Shown piece after piece: positions 1-9,057 of a stretch of DNA of 64,000 bases; within the stretch, counting starts at the first letter, position 1; every line of letters begins with the position of its first letter. The notes beneath the pieces were generated by a model. The model saw nothing but the letters and a program-made list of their open reading frames with translations, did no database searches and was not told where the DNA came from. This stretch comes from Myxococcota bacterium (GTDB lineage: Bacteria; Myxococcota_A; Polyangia; Polyangiales; Sandaracinaceae), in the NCBI GenBank assembly GCA_036149055.1, contig JAYZQJ010000143.1:24046-88045 (forward strand), given 5' to 3'. A program made the position numbers and the translations under genes.

Positions 1-1
1 A

Positions 2-973
2 GGGGCGGTAGCCGATCGACTCGGTGATCACGCAGCCGTCGGGGCCGTAGACCACCGCGCCCAGCACGAGCTCGGGCACGCCGTCGTCGTCGAGGTCGTG
101 GATGGACGGGCCGCCCCACTCGTCCGGGCCGCCGAGGTTGTCGGGGGTGCGCCCGCCCGCGCCGTCGCAGCGGCCCGAGGTCCAGAGGCGCCGCCAGCCC
201 GAGCCGTCGTCGCCGAACGCCTTGAGGCCGCCGTCGTGGCCCTGGGCGACGATCTCGGGCCGGCCGTCCCCGTCGAGATCGCCGACCGCCACCGACGCCG
301 GGCCCATCGTCGCGTCCGCGGGGTCGGGGAAGCTGAGCTGCTGCGCGCAGTCGCTGCCGCTGATCACCCGGAGCACGCCGGGCTGCCGGTAGGAGCCGAC
401 GGTCGGGAACGAGGTGAAGGCGATCGACGGCGAGAGCGTGGTCGGGTCGCCGTCCAGGTCGAGGTCGACCACCACCGGGGTGGCCATCACCTGGATCTCG
501 TTCGGGCGCGGGTCGCCGTCCGGCGGGCCGGTCCAGCGGCACTGCACCGCCGGGGTGATCGCCTCGATGTCGATGAAGCGCTCGCAGGCGTCGTCGTTCA
601 CCCGGTCCGCCGGCACGCCGTAGGGGATGCAGCGGCCCTCGTCGCAGTAGCTGTCGCCCCAGCAGTCGTCGTTGCCGTCGCAGGGGCCGAGGTCCGAGAC
701 GCAGGCGTCGAAGCGGCAGATCTCGCCTTCGCTGCAGCAGCTCCGCCCGCACACCTCCTCGCCGGCCGGGCACAGCCCCGCGTCGGGGGTCGGCACCTCT
801 CCGTCCGTCTGCGCGTCCGGGGTCGGGCCCGCGTCGCTCAGCGGCACGCACAGCCCGTCCGCGCAGCGCTGCCCTTCGGCGCAGTCGCCGTCGCTGGCGC
901 AGGTGTCCATCGGGTCGCCGCTGCAGTCGCAGCCGAGGAGAAAGAGGACCGCCAGGCAAGCTCGGAAGCGCAT
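2..973 (-). CDS. Cys-rich lipoprotein with FG-GAP/VCBS-like repeats (runs off the window start)
   Basis: Read by hand because it is absent from the ORF track: ATG at 973 gives MRFRACLAVLFLLGCDC (lipobox-like), a Cys-rich N-terminus, then VGDLDGDGRPEIV and IHDLDDDGVPELV repeats. Confidence 0.8.
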   Translation of the reverse strand, partial: MRFRACLAVLFLLGCDCSGDPMDTCASDGDCAEGQRCADGLCVPLSDAGPTPDAQTDGEVPTPDAGLCPAGEEVCGRSCCSEGEICRFDACVSDLGPCDGNDDCWGDSYCDEGRCIPYGVPADRVNDDACERFIDIEAITPAVQCRWTGPPDGDPRPNEIQVMATPVVVDLDLDGDPTTLSPSIAFTSFPTVGSYRQPGVLRVISGSDCAQQLSFPDPADATMGPASVAVGDLDGDGRPEIVAQGHDGGLKAFGDDGSGWRRLWTSGRCDGAGGRTPDNLGGPDEWGGPSIHDLDDDGVPELVLGAVVYGPDGCVITESIGYRP

Positions 974-1018
974 GTCGCCAGCTTACCGGAGGGCGGGTCG
1001 GTTTTTTTTCGGATCGGC

Positions 1019-1045
1019 TGTCGATTCTCGGTCGGCCCGTTCGAC
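1019..1045 (+). promoter_or_regulatory. Putative ECF42-type promoter (-35 TGTCGA, 17-nt spacer, -10 CGAC)
   Basis: TGTCGA at 1019-1024 and CGAC at 1042-1045 lie upstream of a VOC/DGPF/ECF42-type operon and match the ECF42 consensus as I recall it. Confidence 0.6.
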
Positions 1046-1088
1046 CAGGGGGTGAGAGCCGAAGAGGCGCAACCTGGGAGAACGACAA

Positions 1089-1835
1089 ATGTCCTACGAT
1101 TACGGTAAGTTCAACTGGTTCGAGCTGGTCACCACCGACGTGGAGCGCGCCGTCGCGTTCTACCCCGAGACCCTGCCCTGGAAGGCGAAGGACGCCGAGA
1201 TGCCGGGCTTCCCCTACACCCTGCTGATGCACGGGGAGACCAGCGTCGGCGGGCTCACCGCGCCCCAGCAGGAGGGCACGCCGAGCCACTGGCTCAGCTA
1301 CGTCTCGGTGGAGGACGTCGACGCCACCGCGAAGAAGGTCGCGGCGCACGGCGGGAAGGTGCTCGCCGACGCGTTCGAGGTCCCGTCGGTCGGGCGCATG
1401 CAGCCGGTGATGGACCCGGAGGGCGCGCCCTTCGTGCTCTTCCACGCCGCCGAGGGTGAGCCGCCCGCGACCGAGGGCGCCGGCAGCTGGCACTGGAACG
1501 AGCGGTGGGCGAAGGACCCGGAGAAGCTCGCCGGCTTCTACGCGCAGGTCCTCGGCTACTCGCACGACGTGATGGAGATGCCGAACGGCCCGTACTTCAT
1601 CTTCAAGAACGGCGAGAAGATGCGCGGCGGCATGATGAAGGCGCCCTCGGACGAGATGCCGTCGGTGTGGCTCCAGTACGTCACCGTCGACGACGCCGAC
1701 GCCACCCTCGCCCGCGCCGAGCGCAACGGGGCCACGCCGCTCGGCGAGCCCATGACCGTCCCGGGCGTGGGCCGCTTCGCGATGTTCGCCGATCCCACCG
1801 GCGCCGTGCTCGGCGTCATCACGCCCGACGCCTGA
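1089..1835 (+). CDS. VOC family protein (glyoxalase/bleomycin-resistance fold, two repeats)
   Basis: WFELVTTDVERAVAFY, WLSYVSVEDVD and GRFAMFADPTGA motifs; GGGAG RBS upstream. Confidence 0.9.
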   Translation: MSYDYGKFNWFELVTTDVERAVAFYPETLPWKAKDAEMPGFPYTLLMHGETSVGGLTAPQQEGTPSHWLSYVSVEDVDATAKKVAAHGGKVLADAFEVPSVGRMQPVMDPEGAPFVLFHAAEGEPPATEGAGSWHWNERWAKDPEKLAGFYAQVLGYSHDVMEMPNGPYFIFKNGEKMRGGMMKAPSDEMPSVWLQYVTVDDADATLARAERNGATPLGEPMTVPGVGRFAMFADPTGAVLGVITPDA

Positions 1836-1865
1836 ATCGGGTATCCTTCGAGCCAAGGGGAAGAC

Positions 1866-2216
1866 ATGCAATACCTGTTGTTGATCTACGAAGACGAGAA
1901 CGTCGCCAAGGACATGACGCCCGAGGAGATGAACGCGCTCGTCGCCGAGTACGGCGCGTTCACCGAGGGCATCGTGAAGTCGGGGCACTACAAGGGCGGT
2001 GAGGCGCTCACCCCGGTGGACACCGCGACCACCGTGCGGGTGCGCGAGGGCAAGACGGTGAAGACCGACGGGCCCTTCGCCGAGACCCGCGAGCAGCTCG
2101 GGGGCTACTACCTGGTCGAGGCGCCCGACCTCGACGAGGCGTGCCGCATCGCGGCCAAGATCCCGGCGGCCCGCACCGGCTCCATCGAGGTCCGACCCAT
2201 CCAGAAGTGGGACTGA
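1866..2216 (+). CDS. YciI/DGPF-domain protein
   Basis: TDGPFAETREQLGGYY signature. Confidence 0.92.
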   Translation: MQYLLLIYEDENVAKDMTPEEMNALVAEYGAFTEGIVKSGHYKGGEALTPVDTATTVRVREGKTVKTDGPFAETREQLGGYYLVEAPDLDEACRIAAKIPAARTGSIEVRPIQKWD

Positions 2217-3472
2217 CCGAAGCCCGCGCGGCGGTCGACCGGCTCTATCGTGAAGAGCACGGCCGGATCGTCGCGCCGCTCATCCGCCTCCTCGGCGACT
2301 TCGATCGCGCCGAGGAGGTGGTCCAGGAGGCCTTCGAGGCGGCGCTGACCCAGTGGCCGTCCGAGGGCCTCCCGGACGAGCCGCGCGCGTGGGTGCTCCG
2401 CGCGGCGCGGAACAAGGCGATCGATCGCATCCGGCGCGGCCGCACGTTCCGGGACAAGCAGGCCGAGCTGAAGGCGGTGGCCGACGTCGAGCAGGCGTTC
2501 GCGCCGTCGGCCGAGGAGCTGCTCGAGGCCGGGCCGCGGGACGACATGCTGCGGCTCGTCTTCACCTGCTGTCACCCGGCGTTCGGTGCAGACGCGCAGA
2601 TCGCGCTGACGCTGCGCACCATCTGCGGCCTCACCACGCCGGAGATCGCGCGGGCGTTCCTGGTCGACGAGAAGGCGATGGCCCAGCGGCTGGTGCGCGC
2701 CAAGAAGAAGATCCGCGCGGCCGGCATCCCCTACCGCGTGCCCGCGCCCGAGGATCTCCCGGATCGCATCGACGCGGCGCTCGCGACGCTCTACCTCGTG
2801 TTCAACGAGGGCTACGCCGCCACCGCCGGCGACGCGCTCGTGCGCCAGGATCTCTGCCGCGAGGCGATCCGGCTGGCGGAGCTGGTGAGCGCGCTCCTGC
2901 CGAACGAGCCCGGGCCGAAGGGGCTGCTCGCGCTGATGCTGCTCCACGACGCGCGCCGTCACGCCCGGGTCGACGCGGAGGGTGATCTGGTGCTGCTCGA
3001 GGCGCAGGACCGGGCGCGCTGGGACCACGAACAGATCGCGCGGGCGCTGCCGCTCGTCGACGCCGCGCTCCGGGAGCGGCCGCCGAGGGGCTACGCGATC
3101 CAGGCCGCGATCGCCGCGCTCCACGCCCAGGCGCCGCGGCCCGAGGACACCGACTGGCGTCAGATCGCGGGGCTGTATCACGTGCTGCTCCGGCTCGAGC
3201 CGTCGCCGGTGGTGGAGCTGAACCGCGCGGTGGCGATCGCGATGCACGGCGACGTGGAGGAGGGGCTGCGGCTGCTCGACGCGCTCGCCGCGCGCGGCAC
3301 CCTCGCCCGCTATCACCTGCTGCCGGCCGCCCGCGGCGACCTGCTGCGGCGGCTCGGGCGCACGGGTCAGGCCCGCGCCGCCTACGAAGAGGCGCTCTCG
3401 CTGGTGAGCAACGACGTCGAGCGGCGGTTTTTGGAGCGACGGCTCGAGGCGCTTCAGCGCGCGCAGACCTGA
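2207..3472 (+). CDS. ECF sigma factor with C-terminal TPR-like extension (ECF42/DUF6596 type)
   Basis: AEEVVQEAF, ARNKAIDRIRR, LRLVFTCCHPA, YLVFNEGY and LALMLLHDARR motifs; adjacent to the DGPF gene; GTG start at 2207 inferred. Confidence 0.9.
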   Translation: MGLTEARAAVDRLYREEHGRIVAPLIRLLGDFDRAEEVVQEAFEAALTQWPSEGLPDEPRAWVLRAARNKAIDRIRRGRTFRDKQAELKAVADVEQAFAPSAEELLEAGPRDDMLRLVFTCCHPAFGADAQIALTLRTICGLTTPEIARAFLVDEKAMAQRLVRAKKKIRAAGIPYRVPAPEDLPDRIDAALATLYLVFNEGYAATAGDALVRQDLCREAIRLAELVSALLPNEPGPKGLLALMLLHDARRHARVDAEGDLVLLEAQDRARWDHEQIARALPLVDAALRERPPRGYAIQAAIAALHAQAPRPEDTDWRQIAGLYHVLLRLEPSPVVELNRAVAIAMHGDVEEGLRLLDALAARGTLARYHLLPAARGDLLRRLGRTGQARAAYEEALSLVSNDVERRFLERRLEALQRAQT

Positions 3473-4686
3473 CGGAACACGGTGATCCGCGCCGAGCCGC
3501 TCGCGCTGTGGCCCACGATCACGTCGCCCTGCCCGTCGGCGTCGACGTCCGCGAGGGCCAGCGCGGTCGGCTCGCCGACGGTCAGGCTCGCGCGGGTCGA
3601 GAGGCCGCCGTCCTCGGCATTCCAGAGCTCCACCCAGCCGCGATCCTGGCTCGCCGCCGCGAGCTCGAGCTCCGGATCCGGATCGACGTTCCCGAGCCGC
3701 AGCGCCACGAACGGGCGCGCGGCGGCCGACGCGATCTCCACCCACCCGGTGGCGTCGTAGCCGAACACCCGCAGGGACGATCCGTCGGAGACGACGATCT
3801 CGTCGCCCGAGCGCTCCGGGAAGAGATCGCCGACCTCGACCGCGGTGATGACGGGCGCGTCGACCACCAGCCCCGGTTGCAGCGTCGGCTCGTCGGTCGG
3901 GTCGAACACGTGCACCAGGACCCCGACGCCCACCCCGACGAGGGCGACGAAGCGACGGCCGTCGGGGTAGCGACCGAACCCCGCCGAGTCGCCGATCGGC
4001 GGGAACGTGCGGGTGCTCGTGAGCGAGCGATCGGGGGCGGTGTACGCCAGGTTGCCCTCTCCGGCGATCACCACCTCGGGCAGCCCGGCCCCGTCGAGCT
4101 CGCCCGCGAAGGCCACGCGAGGGCGTGCGAGGCCGCCGAAGGTCGCGTTGGGGGACGCGGACCAGCGCATCGTCGAGACGTTGCCCCGGAGGTACTGGAT
4201 CCGGTCCATCGCCGGGTCGGGGGAGAGGACGTCCAGGGTGCCGTCTCCGTCCCAGTCGACGAGGGTCGAGACGGTGTTCGGCACCGTGCCCGCCAACGCC
4301 TCCGCCGCCTCGGCGCTCAGCCCGCTGCGGTCGCACCCCGTCACGTCGACCCGGAGGAACGCCACGCCGGGGCCGCTGCTCCCGCGGAGGCTGGCGACGA
4401 TGTCGCCGTAGCCGTCGCCGTTCAGGTCCTCGACCTGCACCGCGCTCACGCCTTCGCCGCCGACCACGAAGGGGTTGCTCTGCCACCCGGCGCCCCGGCA
4501 GCCGCAGACCCCGGCGTCGGCCGGGCCGGCGTCTCCCGCGTCGGGCTCCTCGCCGGCGTCGACGGCCGCGTCCACCGCGCCGTCCCGCGGCGGCAGCCCA
4601 CCGTCGGGCGCGCCCCGCCGGAGCCGGTCGAGGTCCAGCGAGCACGAGGCGCTCAACGCGCAGAGCGTGAGCACGAGCGCCCTCAT
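3454..4686 (-). CDS. Lipoprotein with FG-GAP/VCBS-like repeats
   Basis: MRALVLTLCALSASC signal; DLNGDGYGDIV, DWDGDGTLDVL and DVDADGQGDVI repeats; ATGA overlap with the upstream gene. Confidence 0.82.
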   Translation of the reverse strand: MRALVLTLCALSASCSLDLDRLRRGAPDGGLPPRDGAVDAAVDAGEEPDAGDAGPADAGVCGCRGAGWQSNPFVVGGEGVSAVQVEDLNGDGYGDIVASLRGSSGPGVAFLRVDVTGCDRSGLSAEAAEALAGTVPNTVSTLVDWDGDGTLDVLSPDPAMDRIQYLRGNVSTMRWSASPNATFGGLARPRVAFAGELDGAGLPEVVIAGEGNLAYTAPDRSLTSTRTFPPIGDSAGFGRYPDGRRFVALVGVGVGVLVHVFDPTDEPTLQPGLVVDAPVITAVEVGDLFPERSGDEIVVSDGSSLRVFGYDATGWVEIASAAARPFVALRLGNVDPDPELELAAASQDRGWVELWNAEDGGLSTRASLTVGEPTALALADVDADGQGDVIVGHSASGSARITVFRQVCAR

Positions 4687-5384
4687 CGGAACCGCCCCTC
4701 GAGCGCGATCGAGCCGGGCCCGACGGAGACGCTCACCGACTCGGTCGGCGCGTCCCGCGGGGCCTCGACCACGAAGAGCACCACCGTCGCCGCGGCGAGC
4801 GCGCCGGTCACGATCCACATCGCGGTGGTGGCGTCGATCCGCGCCTGGACGTCCGACGCCGCGAGCTCGCCCTCGGTGCAGCCGCGCGCGTAGCAGCTCG
4901 CCTCGAGCTCCGCGTAGGCGTCGTTCGCGAGCGCCCAGGAGAGGCCGATCGCGCCCGCCGAGGCCGCGGTCGCGCCCAGGCCCACCCAGGACCAGAGCCA
5001 GCCGCCCTCGCGCGCCGGCGCGCTCGGATCGGGCGCCGCTTCGGCCGCGCGCGCCTCGATCAGCTGGAGCCGTCGCCGCGCCTCGGGGGCGGAGCGATCG
5101 CCGGGGAGCGCCTCCACGAACGCGCGGTAGGCCTCGGCCGCCTCGTCGTCGCGCCCCAGCCGCTCGGCGGCGGAGCCGATGTTGAAGAGGAGCAGAGCTC
5201 GCCCGCTCAGCGCGTAGGCGCGGCGGAAGTGCGCGAGCGCCTCCTCGTAGGCGTTGGCAGAGAACGCGTCTCGCCCGGCCTCGAACTCCGCCCGCGCCTC
5301 GGCGTCGTCGGACGTCTGCGCGCTCGCGATGGAGGGAGCCAGCAGCAGCGCGACCAGGAGCCAAGTCACACGAAAGCTCGGCAT
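4683..5384 (-). CDS. Secreted/membrane TPR protein (myxobacterial type)
   Basis: Signal peptide MPSFRVTWLLVALLLAPSIASAQ, TPR helices (LLFNIGSAAERLG), two hydrophobic segments, C-terminal VGPGSIALEGRF. Confidence 0.8.
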   Translation of the reverse strand: MPSFRVTWLLVALLLAPSIASAQTSDDAEARAEFEAGRDAFSANAYEEALAHFRRAYALSGRALLLFNIGSAAERLGRDDEAAEAYRAFVEALPGDRSAPEARRRLQLIEARAAEAAPDPSAPAREGGWLWSWVGLGATAASAGAIGLSWALANDAYAELEASCYARGCTEGELAASDVQARIDATTAMWIVTGALAAATVVLFVVEAPRDAPTESVSVSVGPGSIALEGRFR

Positions 5385-5398
5385 GGGTCCCGAGGATA

Positions 5399-6379
5399 CT
5401 ATCGGTCGAGGAGCGCGCGCACCGCGGCGATGGCCGCCCGATCGCGCTCGGCCCAGTCGCCGCGGATCACGACGTAGGGGCGCCCGCGCGCCTCGAGCGC
5501 GTCCCGGCAGCGCGCGAAGAACGCCCGGCGATCCTCTGGCCGGTAGCGGTGCACGTCGTCGACCCAGGGCACGTCCACGTCGCAGAGGAGCGTCAGGTCG
5601 TAGGCGGCGCGATCCGCCTCCTCGCAGATCCAGGCCGGGCAGTCGTCGAAGAGCGTCTCGGACCAGATCCGGGTGGTGAGCAGATCGCTGTCGCAGAAGA
5701 GGACCCGGTTCGCGCGCCGGGCGAGCGCCTGCTCCGAGGCGCGCTGCCCCCTCGCGATGCGCGGGATGTCCTCGTAGGCGAGCGCGCCCTCCTGCTCGGC
5801 GATGAGGAGCTGCGCGTACTCGGGCACCGCGACCGTGTCGAACGCCTCGGCCAGGGTGCGAGCGAGGGTGCTCTTGCCGGTGGACTCGGGGCCGAACAAG
5901 CACACGCGCTGGACGAAGTACGGACGCACGCACTCGGGGAGGAAGCGCCAGTGGCCGAGGGGATCCTCCCGGACCGCGGTGCCGCTGACCGGGAGCACCG
6001 ATCGCGCGCGGTCCACCGGCACGAAGGAGGCGCCCAGCACCTGGGCGAGGCGGTGGCCGTAGCTCTCCGACGCGAAGACGTGGTCGAGCGGCCCCTCGGG
6101 CAGCACCCGGCGCAGCGCCGCCTCCCAGATCGCCCAGAACTCCGGGTGCTCGCTCGGGTCCTGCGGCAGCACCTCGTCGAGGTGCACGACGTGGCAGTCG
6201 GGGAAGAGCTCCCGCATCCAGCCGTAGCGGAGGGCGCCGTCGATCGGCTCGTGCGGCATCGTGCCCACGACCACGGTGAGCCGGTCCACGTAGCGGCGCG
6301 CGAACTCGACCAGGTAGACGTGCCCGAGGTGCGGCGGCATGAACTTGCCGAGCACCATGCCCGTGGTCGGTCGCGTCAT
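5399..6379 (-). CDS. NadR-like bifunctional nucleotidyltransferase (HxGH) plus P-loop nucleoside kinase, lacking the HTH domain
   Basis: GKFMPPHLGH motif, VSGTAVR, Walker A GPESTGKS, VPEYA and FCDSD; ATG at 6379 overlaps the NRPS stop. Confidence 0.88.
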   Translation of the reverse strand: MTRPTTGMVLGKFMPPHLGHVYLVEFARRYVDRLTVVVGTMPHEPIDGALRYGWMRELFPDCHVVHLDEVLPQDPSEHPEFWAIWEAALRRVLPEGPLDHVFASESYGHRLAQVLGASFVPVDRARSVLPVSGTAVREDPLGHWRFLPECVRPYFVQRVCLFGPESTGKSTLARTLAEAFDTVAVPEYAQLLIAEQEGALAYEDIPRIARGQRASEQALARRANRVLFCDSDLLTTRIWSETLFDDCPAWICEEADRAAYDLTLLCDVDVPWVDDVHRYRPEDRRAFFARCRDALEARGRPYVVIRGDWAERDRAAIAAVRALLDR

Positions 6380-9057
6380 GAGGCCTCGAGCATACGCCGG
6401 ACGTAGCGGCGGAGGAGCGCCGGATCGGGCGAGGGCGCGACGATCCCGGCGGCCTCGGCCCGGCGGCGATCGAAGCGTGCGCCGGTGGCCTGAAAGAGAT
6501 CCATCGCGCGGCGCTCGTCGCGCTCGCCCAGCGCCCGCGAGAGGGCCAGCCGGGTGGGGGCGTCGATCCGATCGGTCCGCGCGATCGCCTCGCGCGGCGC
6601 CGGCTCGAGGCGCACGCCCTCGGCGCGCATCGCCTCGACGAGGGCCGCCAGCGACGTCGGCCGCGCGGCGCAGAGGTGAAAGGTCTCGAGCGCGCGATCG
6701 GTCCGGGCGCGCAGGACGAGCGTCGCCATCGCCTCGGCCGCGTGGTCGACCGGGGTGACGTCGAAGCCGAGCGCCGGGGCCGCGTCCTCGGGGTAGACGC
6801 CGAGCCGCGCGAGCCCGCGCACGAGCATGCTCAGCCAGTCGTGCGCTGGCGCCGCGGCGGTGGCGCGATCTCCGGTGAGCAGCCCGAGCCGATGCAGGGT
6901 GATCGGGATCGCGCCCTCGGCGCGCCGCACCAGGAGCTCGGCCGCGACCTTGGACTGCGCGTAGCCCCCGTACACCTCGCGGGTCGCGGAGAGATCGCCG
7001 TCTTCGCGCGCCGGCCGCTCGGCGCGATCGGTCGAGACGAAGACCGACAGGGTGGAGGCGAGGTGGAACGACGCGCCGGCCTCGAGCGCGAGCCGGAGGG
7101 CCTCCGCCGTCCCGTCGAGGTTGGTGGCCCGCAGCGCGGCGAAGGAGCGGGCGAGGCTCACGGTCGCCGCGCAGTGCACGACCACGTCCACCGCGTCGGT
7201 CAGCGCGGCCCAGGTCTCCGGGGCGAGCCCGAGCCCGGGCAGGGACACGTCGCCGCGGACCACGTCGGGGAGATCGGTGTCGCGCCGCACCAGGCTCACC
7301 ACCCGGAGCCCGCGCGCGCGGAGCGCGTCGTGGAGGCGGCGCCCGAGGAAGCCGGTCGCGCCGGTGAGGAGCGCGACGCGGGGAGGGCGCGCGGGGCGGG
7401 GCGCGCGCGCGAGGGCGGCCTCGAGCGCGGCCGACGGCCGGGCGACCGCGCGCAGGGCGGCGAGCGTCATCGTCGACGTCTCCTCCGCGTCGAGCGCCCG
7501 GGCGAGGCCGGCCACCGTGGGGTGCGCTTCGACGAGCTCGGGCCCTACGGCGAGCCCGGCCGCGGCCGCGCGGGCGACCAGATCGACGAGCGCGAACGAG
7601 TCGCCGCCCCGCGCGAAGAAGTCGTCGTCGCGCGCCACCGGGACGCCGAGCGCGCCCTCGAACATCGCCGCCAGCTGCGCCTCGAGCGGCGTCTCGAGCT
7701 CGTCTCCGCGGGCCGTGGTGATCGGCGCGTCGGCCAGGGCGGCGAGGTCGACCTTGCCGGTGGCGCCTCGCGGCAGGGCGTCGACGCGCTCGAGCCACGC
7801 CGGGACCATCCAGCCCGGCAGGCGCTCGGCCAGGTGAGCGCGCAGCGCGTCGGCGGACGCCTCGCCTTCGAAGAACCCGACCAGAGCGTCCCGGGCGCCG
7901 AGCCGGCGCTTCTGCACCGCGGCCGCCCGCACCTCGGGGTGCTCCGTCAGCGCGGCCTCGATCTCCTCGGGCGCCACCAGCCGACCCCGCAGCTTGAGCT
8001 GTCGATCGATCCGCCCGAGGAAGACGTACTCGCCGTCTGGCAGGCGCTCGACGCGATCGCCGGTGCGGTAGACGCGGGCGCCCTCGAGCGAGGTGAAGCG
8101 CTCGTGCGGCCCGTCCCCGAGGTAGCCGCGCGCGACCTGCGGGCCGCCGATCCAGAGCTCGCCTTCGACGAGGTGATAGTCGACGCCGGGGAGCGGGCGA
8201 CCGATGCGCGCGCCGTGCGGACGGTCCGGATCGCAGACCCCGAGGCTCGTGCAGACGGTGGCCTCGGTAGGGCCGTACACGTTGACGAGGCGCACGCGCG
8301 CGGCCCAGCGGCGCACGGCGTCCTCGGCGCAGACCTCGCCGCCGATGACCACCGCGCGGAGCGACGCCGGGGCGCGGTCGGGGTCGAGGTGAGGCAGCAG
8401 CGAGGGAGGCAGATCCACGTGTGTGATCGCGTGGCGGTGGAGCGCCGAGAGCACCGCCTCGGGCGTCCGGGCGCGCGAGACGAAGAGCGTCGCCCCGGCG
8501 GTGAGCGCGGTGAAGACGTCCGAGACCGAGGCGTCGAAGCTCGGCGACAGCACCCAGAGCGCGCGATCTCCCGGCCGCAGGTCGAACGCCTCCACCTGCG
8601 CCGCGAGCATCGAGGGCAGCCCCGCGTGCGTCACCACCACCCCCTTCGGCGCGCCCGACGAGCCCGAGGTGAAGATCACATACGCCTCGCGGATGGAGTC
8701 TTCTCGTCCGATCCCCTGCGTTGGGAAACAAAGAAACTCCGTCCCCGTGTCCGTGATCCGGGGGCGGGCGAGGGCGCGCATGGCGGCGCGGCGCTTCTCG
8801 GGGAGCCCCGGGTCGAGGGGCATCCAGGCGGCGCCGCAGCGCCAGGCGGCGATCGCAGAGGTGATCCAGTCGATCGACTTGTCGAGCGCGAGGGCGACGC
8901 GCTCGCCCGGGCCGGCCCCGGCCTCGCGGAGCTGCGTCGCCCGCTCGCCGGTCGCGGCCCAGAGCGCGGCGTAGGTGAGCGCCCGGTCTCCGTCCACGAC
9001 CGCGAGGGCGTCGGGGCGCGCGGCCGCCTGGGCCTCGATGCGGGCGAGCACGCTCAT
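6376..9057 (-). CDS. Stand-alone NRPS-like enzyme, A-PCP-R (adenylation, carrier, thioester reductase)
   Basis: YVIFTSGSSGAPKG (A3), NVYGPTE (A5), YRTGD (A7), GRIDRQLKLRG (A8), GKVD (A10); PCP FFARGGDS; SDR TGATGFLG and YAQSK; no C domain. Confidence 0.92.
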   Translation of the reverse strand: MSVLARIEAQAAARPDALAVVDGDRALTYAALWAATGERATQLREAGAGPGERVALALDKSIDWITSAIAAWRCGAAWMPLDPGLPEKRRAAMRALARPRITDTGTEFLCFPTQGIGREDSIREAYVIFTSGSSGAPKGVVVTHAGLPSMLAAQVEAFDLRPGDRALWVLSPSFDASVSDVFTALTAGATLFVSRARTPEAVLSALHRHAITHVDLPPSLLPHLDPDRAPASLRAVVIGGEVCAEDAVRRWAARVRLVNVYGPTEATVCTSLGVCDPDRPHGARIGRPLPGVDYHLVEGELWIGGPQVARGYLGDGPHERFTSLEGARVYRTGDRVERLPDGEYVFLGRIDRQLKLRGRLVAPEEIEAALTEHPEVRAAAVQKRRLGARDALVGFFEGEASADALRAHLAERLPGWMVPAWLERVDALPRGATGKVDLAALADAPITTARGDELETPLEAQLAAMFEGALGVPVARDDDFFARGGDSFALVDLVARAAAAGLAVGPELVEAHPTVAGLARALDAEETSTMTLAALRAVARPSAALEAALARAPRPARPPRVALLTGATGFLGRRLHDALRARGLRVVSLVRRDTDLPDVVRGDVSLPGLGLAPETWAALTDAVDVVVHCAATVSLARSFAALRATNLDGTAEALRLALEAGASFHLASTLSVFVSTDRAERPAREDGDLSATREVYGGYAQSKVAAELLVRRAEGAIPITLHRLGLLTGDRATAAAPAHDWLSMLVRGLARLGVYPEDAAPALGFDVTPVDHAAEAMATLVLRARTDRALETFHLCAARPTSLAALVEAMRAEGVRLEPAPREAIARTDRIDAPTRLALSRALGERDERRAMDLFQATGARFDRRRAEAAGIVAPSPDPALLRRYVRRMLEAS

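Noticed and set aside
5399..8731. 1110-aa fusion ending in NadR
   Set aside because: The N-terminal ~780 aa are an off-frame shadow of the NRPS; the NadR-like protein starts at 6379
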